From Geosiphon pyriformis uo1 (lineage: Eukaryota > Fungi > Glomeromycota): 64,000 bases of DNA. The position numbers and the translations under genes were made by a program. Shown in pieces: positions 39,601-53,600 of the stretch (position 1 is the stretch's first letter; every line of letters begins with the position of its first letter). The DNA lies in the NCBI GenBank assembly GCA_016748015.1, contig JAAOMT010000295.1, positions 1,414,748-1,478,747 of the forward strand, written 5' to 3'. The notes under the pieces are model-generated. The model did not search any database. It was not told where the DNA came from and saw only the letters and a list, made by a program, of their open reading frames with translations.

Positions 39601-40375
39601 TATTACTTATAGAAAAAGCATATAAGAAAATAGTAGAAAAAAACAGATAGACCAATAGAAGAATAGTAATTAACACATAAGTATATTGCTTAAAAAATTA
39701 TAGCATATTACTCAGGAATGTAAGCAATCTCATAAAATTCAAATTATATATATATAGTAAGAACATTAAAAGCAGAAAAAACAGAATTGATACCAAGATT
39801 TCCCAATTAAAAAAAAACATCTTAACTAAAATTATCAAATATTAATAAATAATTATTTATCATCTAAATATCTCTCCATACTATTAATACATCATGTTAA
39901 TAGTATTTAATACTTGATCATATTAGAACAATAACTCTTAATCATAGTTATTGATAGGATACTAATTTTTTTTGCCTTGATTTCTCTCTTTATTTTTCTT
40001 TTTATTATTTTTATTATTTTTATTATTTTCTTTTTGTTTATTGTTAATTTACTAATTGATTAAAAAGATTAATACATGGAATACTAATGTCAGGATATAG
40101 TACTGGTAAAAAACCCAAGAATAAGGATAGACACTCAAATTTAAGAATAGCTTATCAGAAGATTACTGGTCATTATATTAAGAAAAAAATTAATGGAATT
40201 GCAATTCTGAGAAGTGAAAAATAAAAAACACTTGAATTTTTGTCTATTATACAAAAGATTTCAACAAAACCTTTAAATCACCAATACTTTTAGATATTAC
40301 CAATTGTATCAGTTAATAAACACCAAATTACAGGTTTGTTATTTGATTTGAGATCCCAAATAATCACCTATAACA
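39601..40375 (+). repeat. 3' LTR of Gypsy-B
   Basis: Follows the PPT and ends ...CACCTATAACA. Shares both ends with the solo LTR at 40617-41495. Confidence 0.85.
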
Positions 40376-41567
40376 ATGCCAACAAGTAATCTTTTATTCC
40401 AAAATGTTTAGATATTTGAAGATAGAGAAAAAAAAATAAGCAATATAAGAGGAAGTAATTAATAGTGTTTTATTTTATTACTTTAATTATGTCTTTCTAC
40501 AGCTAAGAGATTCATTACTTATATAGCTATTAAAAGTAATTAATAACTAGATTAATAATTAGGTCAATAATCAAATTATTAATTAAGTCAATAATTACTA
40601 TCTAAAAATAGAGTGGTATTACTCATAAAAAAAAACAGATATAGAAAATAGTAGACCAATAAGGAAGTAGTAATTAGTATATGAGCACATTGCTCAGCAA
40701 TATAAAGCAATATCAGAAATTACAGCATATTGCTTAGCAATATGAAGCAATATTAGAAAATTAGAACACATTGCTTAACAATATGAGCATTGCTTAAGAA
40801 ATCATAGAACATTATTCAACAATGTGAGCAATTTTGTAGAACATAAATTTATGTATATATAGCAGTAGTATCAGAAGCTAGAAAATTAGTCAATTAAGCT
40901 TAAAGTCAAGAAGACTAAGAGTTAGTAGAACTCTCAGAGTCAATTAGACTTGCAGATCATAATTATTAAATACTCTTCCTTCAAAAGATAGAATATTATA
41001 ACTTGAAGTGAAATCACTCCCATAATAATAAAATTATCTATTATTCTTAAATCTATGTTATTATCTACTACTTAACTTGTTGGCACAATAGCTCTTGATT
41101 ATGGCTATTGACAGAACACTTATTTCTTATTTTATTTTTTTTTGTTATTCATTAAATTGATTAAAAGAATTAAGTGCTAAGTTATTGATATCAAAGATAG
41201 CCTGGTAAAAAATCCCAAAGGAAGGATATAACATTGAAAATTAAAGAATAGCTTATCAGAAGAACATCTCTGCCAGATTACTGGCCACTATGCTAAGAAA
41301 AAAATTTGATAGAATTGTGATTCTAAGAGGCTACTGAAAAAACAACAATTGAATCTTTGTTCATTATACAAAAAACTTAACCAACAAAAACCTTCAAATA
41401 TAATCAACTTTCAGAAACTAACATCATTATATTAATTGAACACCAAGTTATGGGTTTGTTATTTGCTTTAAGACCCCAAATAATTACCTATAACAATGGT
41501 TAATTATATGATATTAGTGACTAATATATGTAATAACTAATAAAAAGTATAAGTTTCAACTATAATA
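40376..41567 (-). repeat. Gypsy-A LTR remnant (40376-40616 and 41500-41567), split by a solo LTR-B
   Basis: Matches 57000-57362 including the 12-bp array. The sequence resumes precisely after the nested LTR. Confidence 0.85.
40617..41495 (+). repeat. Solo LTR of Gypsy-B type
   Basis: Ends TATTACTC...CCTATAACA. 4-bp TSD GTGG (40613-40616) / ATGG (41496-41499). Confidence 0.88.
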
Positions 41568-41884
41568 GTATTAATGTTGATTAATTTATTATTTTCATAA
41601 TTATTATTATTATTATTATTATTATTAATTAAATAATTTTTAAAAAAAGTTTTTTAATTAAAGTTTATAAAACAAAATTTATATTTGTAAATAATTAATT
41701 TTATAAATTTAAAATTTAAAAACCAAATTTAAAAAATTATTTTTGATTTTTATATATAAATTTATATATTTTTAAATCTTTAAATTATTAAAATTTTAAT
41801 AATATTATAAATTAAAAATATTTAAAAAAATATTTTATTAATATTTATTAATATTTACTACTAATTTAAAAAATAATTAATTAT

Positions 41885-44800
41885 TTTTTTATTATTATTA
41901 TTGCTTAATGAGTGAGACCCAAACACTACCTAATGCTATACATTAAAGAATTGATCTAAACTAAACATAAATTATGCATTTTCTACATGTGACCAGCCAC
42001 TCGGGCTGATCAGAACAATACTATGCATCTATATAAACTGATACCGAATCACCTACACCTGAAAAAAACAAACAAGACTTGCAAAAACCAAAATGAACAC
42101 CCAAAGCATCAGTGATACCAAGTAATTTAACCACTCTTACAGAAAACCTTGAAGCCAAACCATGAACTGAGATAACAGCTGAACCATCCAGTGAGATCAA
42201 TCTATTCTTTTCCATATAAGCATGATGCTTAGCACGAACTGACCAGACATCCTTCCTGAAAGTAAGACCAAGAGAACGCACAAACTTGACAATCTCTAAA
42301 ACTGCAATTTTGGGATCGCAAAAGACACAAACAGCTTCACAAAACCAACCATTGAAAACAAAGCTCTTAAAAAGAGCCATGGACATGGAGGAATCAGATA
42401 TACAGGATAACAACAAATGTAAAATATCCGAGGAGGAAAGAGAGGAACCAGAAAGCACCTTCCAGACTCCTACATGAGAATCCAGCAACTGACATCAAGT
42501 GGATTTGTCAATCTTGCAAGAGAACACATGATACAACACCTCTATCTTACCACAATATAAGCATAACACACTAAGATAGTGTCTATTATAAAGGTGTTTT
42601 TGTATAGCAACTGGTAGCTGATGGTGCAGGGCCTTTATAAAGTAAGTGTGCACACTGGCCGAAGGCCTGCTGGTGAAATCTGTAGCCATGTACAAGTCAG
42701 GATGCCATACCAATGACGAGTGGAGCCAATGAACCTCGGAAAACAAACTTCCCACCAAAACCTTAGAACCAGAACCAATCTTCCAGTGTGCATGACAAAC
42801 AGAATAATAAATATCATGGATAAAATGTCTTGCATTCCCAGAAACAACACTATCATCAGCTGCTAAGAAATGTTTACTCAAACAGGGGGAAAGATACCAC
42901 TTGGAGAAAGAAGCGGCACCAGTGATCTCATCAGCACGCTTATTCCCCAGAACACCAGAATGACTTTTTATCTTATAAAAACTGACCCTCAACTCTTTAC
43001 TGTGAATCAAGTTGACAATATAACGACATTTGACCCAATACTGATTACAAAAATTGGGACACACCAGACTCAACTCCGATCTGCAAGCATCCAAAGCTGA
43101 TTGACTATCTGAAAACAAATGAACAAAGCTTGACGAGGGGACACATTCCAGAGCCAAAGCAATAGCCTGCAACTCTACCAAAGTAGACAACATCAAACCC
43201 AACACATTAATGCCCAAACTCATATCAATGTTCTTAAAAAAAACAGCAACGCCAGCTCTACAGCCAACTGTGCCAAGATTACTAAGGGACCCATCTGTAT
43301 AAACTGACAAACTGTTAGCACCAGTTGCCAGGAGACGATCATGAACAAGCACATATTTACTGAATTCAAGAATGTTCAAAGGGCCATTGTTATCCAAAAC
43401 CAAAGGCTGAGTGTAAGAAAATCCCACATCATCAAGAAACAAAATAGAATGCTTGAACCACTCAGGAACAGAGCCATGGGGGTCCAATTTCTTCTACCAC
43501 TTGAAGGTATATCAATCATAGACAGCACTATGACGGTCACAAAGTTGATCCACAAAAGCAATACTATACTGCCAAAGGGATGAGAGAAACCTGAAAAACC
43601 TTGACTCACCCAGGACCATAGACATTAGTACCCCACCACGAAACCAAAAGAAATTAACCAAAGAGCCACCCAGAGACACATTGCAATCAAGAAGAACATG
43701 AACCATGTCTGCCAGAAAGTTATTAGATGCACTAACCCGAATACGGATAGAAAAACTCAATGGATGAATAGGATGCCAACACAAAACTTGCAAGTCATGA
43801 GACCTGTGGGAAAACAAATGACCCAAGATACCACTAAAGTTCGCAAAATTGACAAGAGAAGCAATCTTGCTTTCAGACTGAATTTGAAAAAATAACTTTA
43901 AACCGTAAAATGAAAGATGATGAATCACATCATTAGGAAAATCAAGTGGCAGACCAGATTTGAGCTTTAAACCTTTACAAATTAGAGCATTCCACTTGTT
44001 GCACATGCCAATAGAAACAAAACTAGTTTGAGTTCTATAGCTGACTATTGGATGTAGAACTACTGACACTAAATATAAGAACTGTTTATCCGAGACTGCC
44101 TTCTTCAACACCAGATTGGTGAAAAAGTGAACATCCAAATGCGCCTTAACCAAGCTAGGCTTCAAAAGACTCTCAGTCAAAAGAAAAATGTCCAGATATC
44201 AGTGTGATTCCCCCTTTTTGGCAATAGAAATGGGTGAACTGCTGATAGAAAGAGAGGGATTGCTAACTCTGCTATTGATAGGAATGGCTACCGTTTTGTT
44301 ATTGTTAATAGAGATGTCATTGACACAAAAAAATTCACTAGTGACATTGAAAATATGTTGAGTAGCCGTCTGACTGCTGCCAACCCAAATTGTATCATTA
44401 ACAAAAGCACCAGCAGCAAAAAAAGAAGAAAACTCAGCCTGGGATTCAGAATGACCATTCTTGGAAACAAAGTGAGAATTCAATCTATACCCACATACAC
44501 TCTCCTGTCTTTTGACTTCACACAAAAGAGGATCATAAAATATGCGCCAGAGAAAAGGAAAGAAGATTTCTTCCTGGTCCAAACCATCGTGCACACAATA
44601 ACTACTTGTCAACCCAAAATCTGTTATAATTTGGTTGGTACGATCCCTATGAATACCACCAAAAAACCGAATAAATTTGTTACACATCTTAATCCTGACC
44701 AAACTCTTCTCAAGATGCTCCCAGCCAACCAAGTCATATGCTTTTCACATGTCTTGAAAAACCAGCCAGAGCTCTCTGTTTTTCTCCAAAGCATCTTTGA

Positions 44801-47800
44801 CCACTGATCCAATTGCAAAAATAGAAGACTGGATTGTCATACCCTTCAGAACCAAAAAATTGTTCCCCTGAAGAACATCGAAAATGCTACATGCCAAAGA
44901 AATCCTGTCAGAGAGAATTTTGAAAAGAATCTTGTGAGCTGTCTTGATCAAGGCAATAGGACATGTATTTATCAAAACACTTTCTCACTTATAGGGTTTG
45001 GGAATCATTGAGACCCATGCTTCCTTTTAAGGGCTAGGCACCAATTCTCCGGACAAACAAGAGTTCAAAAGCACCAGCAACATATTCAGAACCAATCTAT
45101 CACAGTGTTTCCAAAGCTTATTTAAAATACCCGACAAACCAGCTGCTTTGCCATCTAAAAGATCAGAAACCACCCCAAAGAACTCATCATACCCAATTAA
45201 GCACATAACTCCAGAAAAAGCTTCATCAAAAACATATTCTAATAATTGATACTGGTAACACCAATCAACCGAGATATCACTGACCACCCAGCACTTCCTA
45301 ATCCAACCCTCCATGATCACATCCACCTTAGACTTAACCAGATCAGGTTTCAAAATCAATTCATCATCAACCACCAAATAATTCAGCACAACCTTACAAA
45401 ATGGGCATTCCAATACACTCCTTATCATATGACTCTTATTTATTTCAAAGCTTTCCATCCTTCTGCTTATGGCAGACCTAATGTTTGCCTCTTTAGTGCT
45501 CTAAGACTCAACAAGCTTGGATGTCCAATAAGATTTTCTAACATCCAGAAGAGCAGAAAAAACACGACCAGATTCCACATCAGAGTTCACCAGATTCTGA
45601 ATGGTCAAAGCTTTAACACTGTCCAAAAAAGCCCAATGCTCCATGAGAGAAGCAAAATCCAAAGCACACCCCACATGAGATGCCTTAATAATCTTTGAAA
45701 CCAGAAGCTCCAATTTGTGAAACTTCGAAGAGTCTTTGGTAAAGACATCATTGAATTCCTTGAACCATTTTTTCTTGAAAACCTCACCAGCTGAAAAAAC
45801 CATTATCCTGCAAATAATGCTCTACATTGCATCCAAATCCGAAAGCCTCACAGAGACATCAAACTTATCTGAGAACAAAGTAGCATTGATTGATATAGCA
45901 TCTTTAAAACTGTTCCACTTAATCTCATCAGCACCCTTGAAATCAAATTTCCAACAGTCCCTATTTGCTTGTCTGCGAAGAGAGTTTAACTATATATTCA
46001 AAAGCCCACCCAAACCTACAGCCATTGAAACAGCTTGGTGATCTGTGTTAAAATGCTCACTGACATCCAAAATCTCATGATTCACTATCACATCGATTAG
46101 ATTTAGAGAAACAAACACATAGTCAATTGTCTTCATAACACCCTTAGAATTTGCCCAAGTGGGCAATTTTAAAGCTGGGCTTCCAGTCAAAGAATTCACC
46201 AGATCCAAATCTAGACACTTTTTAAAACTTGCACATTTATGAGAACCGTCTTTATTGAAATTGCCACCGAGAACAACGAAGGAAAATTCATTAACAGCTT
46301 TTGCAATGAGAGAGTTAACTTCACCAGTCTGAGAGAACCGAACTGCTAAGGAAGCACCAACATATAGTCCCAGGATAGACACCAAAAGTTTATTTCTGAA
46401 AAGTAACTTAATGGACAAGAGCTGACCAGGCACTTCTGAAATCTTGTACACATGTCTCGCCAAAGAAGAATTCATGACAACCACGACACCAGCACCCAGA
46501 TAGCCAGATTCCAAATCAGAGGTAAACACTCGCACACCATCAAATTTGTTGACAATCCAGGGGCGAATCTTCTCTCTTAACTTTGATTCTGTAAAAATAG
46601 AAACTAAATTGTTTTTTTCCTTATGCCAACAAATGACATTGTCCTGTTTCACAGAATTGTTTATTCCTCTGACATTGCAAGTAGCAATATTCCAAATCAG
46701 ATTGGTTATTGAGAAGAAGAGGAATTCGAACCTGCACCAAAACTGTTTACTTTGGCCAAAAGGCCCAGAACTGTTTCCATCAGACACTTCATGCTGTCTT
46801 CCAATTTGGACATCACAGATACATCAAAAGACACTGCTCCCACAACAATCTCACCACTGGTGGCTGCACCTGAACTCTCACTTATCACTATATCTGCCCC
46901 TTGATTCTGTGATGAGGGGGTCACCAATGGCTGACATCTAGGGCTTGGCTGGGAAACTATTGGCCCAAGTGCATCCAACCTCTTAGCCAGCTTACCCACC
47001 TGCTCCACAAGGCTGGCGAGACTGCGCTTAAGAGTGGCAAACCTATCATTGACTTCCATCGAAACCAGCAGGGATGACTCCATCTTCAAAGAGGAACCAG
47101 ATTTCACAGAAACATTTTGTTCAGAGAGAGGGTGAAAAGAAGACTCACTAGCAACCTTTGCCTAAGAGAGACCACTAAAAGAGACTGGATGAGCAACTGG
47201 AGCTGATCATTTGGCATAGATGGCTGCCAATCTGCTTTTATCTGTGTTTGACAGGGCTCTACACAAAAACAAACCTGAGGAAACTTTCCCACCAACCTCA
47301 CAGCCCAATGATGTATGGCCTGATTTCTTACACTTGGCACACTTAGCTGAGACAAGACAAGACCAGCGGAGATTAGTGCTCCTCAATACTGGCGTGGTTC
47401 CCACGATGGCATCCAGTGATTCAGCAAAATCAAAACAGACGACAGCACACTTAGCCCTAGCATATGTAACCAGATGACGATCAATGATACACGTCCTTCC
47501 ATCCACTAAAACAATAAAATCCCAGATGTTATGAGCAGTTATTCCCATTGGTAAAGTATAGAGCAGTGCCCTATGCTGGTTCCTTGTGTCCCATAATTCT
47601 TTGTTTAAATCTGATCTAGCTACTTGCACAGCATTCTTCCCAATTAAGATTGACTATTTTGCTGTGACCAAATTGGCATAACCTGATTGTTCAAACTCTA
47701 CCACAGCTTTCTGCCACAGCCCCACCAATTGCATCTTGATTGACTTAATTATTCCAAACTCGGAGAGCACAGCACGCACAGCCTTAGCTGACGTTCCAAC

Positions 47801-48633
47801 CGGAATTTCCTTCAACACCACAGCCTGATCTGAGTGACCAGCAGATTTTTTAAGATTGGTGTTTACCATGATATTTGCATTAGTAGCCATTTTAGTAGCC
47901 TTCACCAAACTCAATTCGGAAGTGAATGTCACCCGGATGATCTCAGCAAATTTTGAGGGGGTAGAAGCCTCTCCAAAACCATTGATTCTCGAAAACAATT
48001 TTCTGACCACCACCAATTTCTCTTGAGATGATTTTCCAGTAATCTTGTCTAAGCCAATATTTAAAGTGAAAAATTTACGGACGGAAATGGCAACCAACTT
48101 TTTGACAGGTGTGAAAAGTGCCAGTGGAGTATCAAGGAGAACATTATCATTATCTTTGTCAAGCAAAAAATCAATCTTTCCCAATGGTTTGCCCAGTGTC
48201 TTCTTTGTTTTGACTCTTATATCCGTAGGTGTCTGATCATGATCCCCTTCAGCAAGAGCACTGCTTTTGCTGTAGTCAAAACTGGTTTCCTCTACAAGGC
48301 ATTCCTCTTCCATGTCAACACTTTCAGATTTAGTGGTGTTACTAGTCTCAAAACCCCATGAGCTACTTTTCTGAACTTTAGGACTGATAACACTATCACC
48401 AGAACCACCTTCCAAAACCCTGCCTCTTCTCTTTTTATCCAAAAAAATAGGTCTGAAGCCGCCACCAAAAATAGAAGCTTTAGCAGCTTTCTTTATAACA
48501 GCAATACTACAGCCAATGATGGTCTTGTAGTCAAGAATAAAGGGTTTAGATTTATCATACTGAATTGTAAAAAACTTCTTTCAAAAAACTTTATGACTCT
48601 TTTTTAGGAATTTGGGATGAAGAAAAGTTTTTT
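41885..48633 (-). mobile_element. Near full-length LINE (LINE-1 group): ORF1 (RRM-like, CCHC knuckle, coiled coil) and ORF2 (APE, RT, RNase H, Zn finger); stop-interrupted
   Basis: ORF1 about 48550-46706 with CAKCKKSGHTSLGC. ORF2 46709-42021 with ATCNVRG, IDYVF, TDHQ, QDM*KAYD, AFVNDT, VYTDGS, SDSQ, CLYCGKIE. (TAA)n/A tail at about 41885. Confidence 0.95.
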
Positions 48634-48950
48634 GTTTTTTGTTTTAAATGTAATTTTTACTGTTTTTAAAATTTAAATTTTTAATGATAATAGATATTAT
48701 AAAAATAATAAAAATTATTAATATTTAAAAAAAATTATTCATGTGTTTATTAAAAAACTTAACCATATTTATTAATTATTAAAACAAAAAAATAGCTGAA
48801 ACTATTAATAAATTATAATTAATTCAATTTTAAATTATAAAATATATTTTAAATTAAATTAAATATTTAATTTTTTTTATTGTTTTAATAAAATATAATT
48901 CAATTATTAATTATATTAAAAAAATATATATAATTATATAATTTAATAAT

Positions 48951-49671
48951 TATTTTGATTAAAAAACATAGTTTTATTAATTATTATATGTAATATTTAT
49001 CATATAATTATTTACTTTATTTTTAAATAATAATTAATAATCTGATTAATAGTCTAGTTATTAATCTAATTATTAATTTAATTATTGTTTTAATTAATAA
49101 TTTGATATTTTATTTAATTACTAATCTAGTTATTAATTAAAACAATAATTATATAAATAATGAGTTTTTTAATTATAAAAAAATATAAAGTCAGAATTAA
49201 AATAATAAAATAATATTTTTATATTCAATGCTTTTTTTATTACTTATTTTTTTATTTTTATTTTAAGTATCTAAATATTTGTAAATAAAAAATTATTTGT
49301 TGATATTTATATAACTTATTTTTTTTTTCTTAATTTGTATTTTTAAAATTAACTTAAAAAGTAATTGTTTGCTTTTGTAATTTTTTAAATAAAAAAACAA
49401 TTAAAAAAACACAATAATATTAATTATTAATTTTAAAAATTATTAAGTAAAATATAAAATAATAATATTATTATTATTTTATTAATAATTATAAGCTATT
49501 TTTTTATTTTTTAAAAAAAATTAAATAATTGTGATTTTAAGCTTAATTATACGTATTAAATTTATACAAATTTAATTTATTTTTTTGATTGAATATTTTT
49601 ATTATTATTTTATTATTATATAATTCTGTTTTTTTTTGCTATTTGTTATCTTATTATTTTAACTTGTAATA
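48951..49671 (+). repeat. Strongly decayed solo Gypsy-A LTR (variant 1)
   Basis: Collinear with 6163-6890 (array, TATA, ...AACTTGTAATA end) and followed by ATAT. Confidence 0.75.
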
Positions 49672-49935
49672 ATATAATAAGTAATTTAATATATATAAAC
49701 CCAAATTAGAAAACAAAAAACATATAATTTAATTATATTAACCAAATTTATATAATTAATTATATTATTTATAATAATATTCTATTTTTTTATATTTTAT
49801 ATGCAAATTAATTATAAATAACTATATTATTTTATAATAATAAACAGCAAAAAACATATAAATTTTATAATTTTAAAACTTTTAAATAATATAAATTTAA
49901 AAATCCTAATAGTATTAATTTATTAAAATTTATAT

Positions 49936-50649
49936 TATTATGAGTTGGAATAATAAGCTAACAAATAGCAAAAAAAAACAGGATTGTAAGATAATAAAAG
50001 AAATCAAAAAAATTTAACTTTAAAGAGTGAATTAAATGAGTATAAATACAATGTGTAAAATCAATCTTATAAAATATCTCAATCACTATACTTTTCAAAA
50101 GATAATGGAAGAATCTGAAGATAGAGGAATAGTCTATACTGTCAACAAATAATCACATACTAATATAATTCTATGTTTTATGTTAGTGTTCTTAGAATTT
50201 AATATTAGGTATTAGATATACTTTTCAGTTACGTTTTATTCAATAATTTTCAAATGCTATAATTACACATTTTAAGAAAAAGTAAGAAATAACCAACAAG
50301 TAATCTTTTATCCCAAGATGTTTAGATACTTGAAGATAAGAAAAAAGAAATTAGCAATAAGAAAAAGATTGAGATAAAAGTTGTTATTTTATTTATTTTA
50401 TTTCTTTGATTTCTGATATGTTTTTTTACAGCCAAGAGATTTATTGCTTATATAGTTATCAAAAGTAGTCAATAAACAGGTCAATAATTAGGTCAATTAT
50501 CAGATCAATAATCAAGTCAATAATTAGGTTAATAATCAGGTTATTAATTAAGTTAATGATTACTATCTAAAAATAGAGTGGCTAATTATATAATATTAGT
50601 GGCTAATACATGTAAAAACTAATAAAAAGTATGAGTTTCAACCATAATA
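49936..50649 (-). repeat. 3' LTR of Gypsy-A copy 4 (variant 2)
   Basis: Direct repeat of 56636-57362. The differences seen are mostly transitions. Confidence 0.92.
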
Positions 50650-53600
50650 TAATCTTCTCTAAAGAGATTAAGCTCTGGAAAAATCAAGTTATTTATAGGA
50701 TAATTTATTTAAAAAATTTTGTTTAATTTAAAGCTAACTAGTTTATTGAAGTTTTTAGTAGATAAGGTATATAATATTTAAGACAAAATGAGTTTTGTAT
50801 TCAAAAGACCAAATCTTTGTATTAAAGTTTTGGTTCTTTTAACAATAGTTAAAACTCTTGAGATATCTAATTGTACTATGCCCAAAATTTCTGTCTGTAT
50901 TTCTGAAGTTGTTTTCTTTATTAGTTTTATGTTTTCTATGATTTTACCAAAGTAACCATAGAGTTTTAATTGTCTTTCATATGACAAGTTTTTGTTTATA
51001 AACAAAATTTTTTGGAGTGTTTTTTTAATTATACTGGAAGATAAGAGTATAGCTGTTGTTATACTTTTTAACAGATATTTATTTATTTTGCTACCAATTT
51101 TTTCTCTTCTGGTAGTGGTTTTCTTGAGTCTAATAATAGTATGTATTCTACTGTTATCAATTATGGTAGTCTGTTTTCCAATGATCAGAATAGCATTTGG
51201 ATAGTTTTTGATTCAATACTTATGAAAAGTATAGAAGGTGTTTTGAATGTTTTGATTCAGAAAATAATTATTTATGTTAATTGAAAATACCTCTGTTTTG
51301 GAAATAGTGCATTTATTTATACTTGATTTTTGCTGATCATTTAAGTCGGTATTACCACAACAGACAACTAATCAGGTTATTTATGATATTTTTTGAATTG
51401 TGTACTATAAACAGAACAATCATTAAAGATTGTTCAGAATTGATCTTGAAAAATATAAGAACCATTGTTCAAAACTTTGTTAATTATAAAAAGTTCTTTT
51501 TATCAACTAGAAAATTTATTACCATAGATATTGTCTCTGTCTGAACAATATTCCAATACTAAATCACTAACATTTAAAGAAAGTGTTTTATAAGTTTTTT
51601 TTTCTTAAGCTTTTCTTGGAACTGTTTTATTTTTTCAAAGACAATTATTCATGTTTCTACTAAGAAGTCAAGAATAGTACCAAGTTTTCTTTGCAAAATG
51701 TCTTTATAATTCCTTATTGTAATTTTTTCAAAAAGTATTATTTCAATGTCAGTTTTTATTAATAGTATTGTAATACATCTATAGAGCAGATAAAAAAGTT
51801 CATAACTCATTATGTCATAATTTACAGTTCTATAAGCAAACAAAGTTAAAGGCAGTATTTTGTTTCATATGTTTGTTTTTTTGCTGGTTTTAGTTAAGGT
51901 TTTACATAATGTTTTATTGAAATATTCCACTAGACCATTTGTTTGAGGGTGATAAAAAAAAGAAAGTTTATGATATATTCTCATTTTTCTGCAAAGTTTT
52001 TTAACCAGTATACTGAAAAAAGCTCTTTCTCTATCAAATAAAAGTTCTTTGGAGCAGTCATAACAGCAGATAATATTGAAATTGCTGTTTGGTTTGAAGT
52101 GGTTCTTGTTTTTACTTACTTTGTAAGATAATTAATAAGTGTAATAATATATCTATTGCTATTAGAAGTTATTGTTAAGGGTCTAACAACATCTATATTA
52201 ATTCTATCAAATGGTTGGCCAATAAAGATTGGATGAATATTTTTTTTCCAGTTAAGTTTTCTTCTTCTTTGGCAGATGTTAAAAATTTTAATGTACTCAG
52301 CAATGTTTTTTTCTAAGATAGGCCAATAATAGCAAGCTAAAGTTTTTTGAATTGTTTTCGTTTTTTCAAAGTGTTTAGCCAATAAATCAGTGTGTATGTT
52401 ATAAATCACAATTTTTTTTCCTTTAAATCTAATGATTCTTTGAAGGCAGTCAGAATCTTTTCAATTTTTTTTATACAATTGGTTCTGGTGAATCAAATAG
52501 AAATTTAATTGTTTGCACAAATGTTCTTTTTGTTGTCAAGTATATTCTGGTGGGTATTATTCTTTATTCAAAAATTTCATTAAGGCAAAGTAGTTATCCA
52601 AGTCTATTATCATGTTTGTTTATGAGAGTATTACTAATAATTAAGTTGGTTTGGTTGAGAGGTTGTATTATTACTGAATAGTAAGTTTAGAGAGAATATC
52701 AGTGTTTTGATAATTTGCTCCTTTGTAATGTTGAATATCATAGTCAAATTCATCCAAAGAAAGTATTCAGCAAGTTATTTATTTATGTTTTAACTTTTTT
52801 TTATTGTACAGCCAAACCAAGGCTTAATGATCTGTTACTACTAAGAATTTTACACTAAGAAGATATTGGTCCCAATAACTAATAGCCCAAACTACTGCTA
52901 AGCATTCTTGTTTAGTAATTGAATAATTTTTTTCTGCTGGTGTAAGGGTTTTACTGACATATGCTATAGCATGTTTTTTGCCATTTTCATTTTTCTGTAA
53001 AAAGACAGTGCCAAGTTCATAACCAGATGCATTAGTGTACAGAATAAAAGATTGGTCTAGATCAGATTGTTTAAGAATTGGTTCAATAACAAGTTTTTTT
53101 TCAGAGTTTCAAAAGCCTTTTGTTAATAAATGCTCCAGTAATAATTGACATTTTTTTTGAGTAGCTGATTGAAAGGAAAGGCAATTTTGAAGAAATCCTT
53201 GATAAATTTGCAATAATAAAAAGCCAAACTAAGGAAAGAACATAGTTCAAAAATATTCATTGGTTGTCTAATATTCTGAACTTTTTCAACTTTAATTGGG
53301 TCAAAAAAGATTCTATCTTTTGTAATAAGATAACCAAAGAACTAAGTAGATTGTTGTTCAAAAAAAATTTAATTGGGTTTATCTTGAGGCCAGCATTTCT
53401 AAGGAGATCAAAAACTTTTTGCAAGTATTTAAAGTGTTTATTACAGGTTTTTAAGTATACCATTATGTTGTCCAAATAGACCAAAACAAAATTTTTTTTT
53501 ATTGATTCAAACACTTTGTTTATTAGATGTTGAAAGATAAGAGAAGTATTGATAAGACCAAAAAGCATGACTGTAAATTCATAAATATCATACTTGGTAA

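Larger units (their letters stand above)
33720..40375 (+). mobile_element. Ty3/Gypsy family B element, 5'-truncated: protease, Cys-rich region, dUTPase, RT, RNase H, integrase, ORF3, 3' LTR
   Basis: Protease (IKLILNSRSAGSII, about 33800), RT (VVYLDNINVFS, 36652), RNase H (about 37130-37450), integrase (MHSNSIAEYF...CDACQ...RIGIDLV). PPT AAAAAGAAGAAGATAA, then LTR 39601-40375. Confidence 0.92.
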
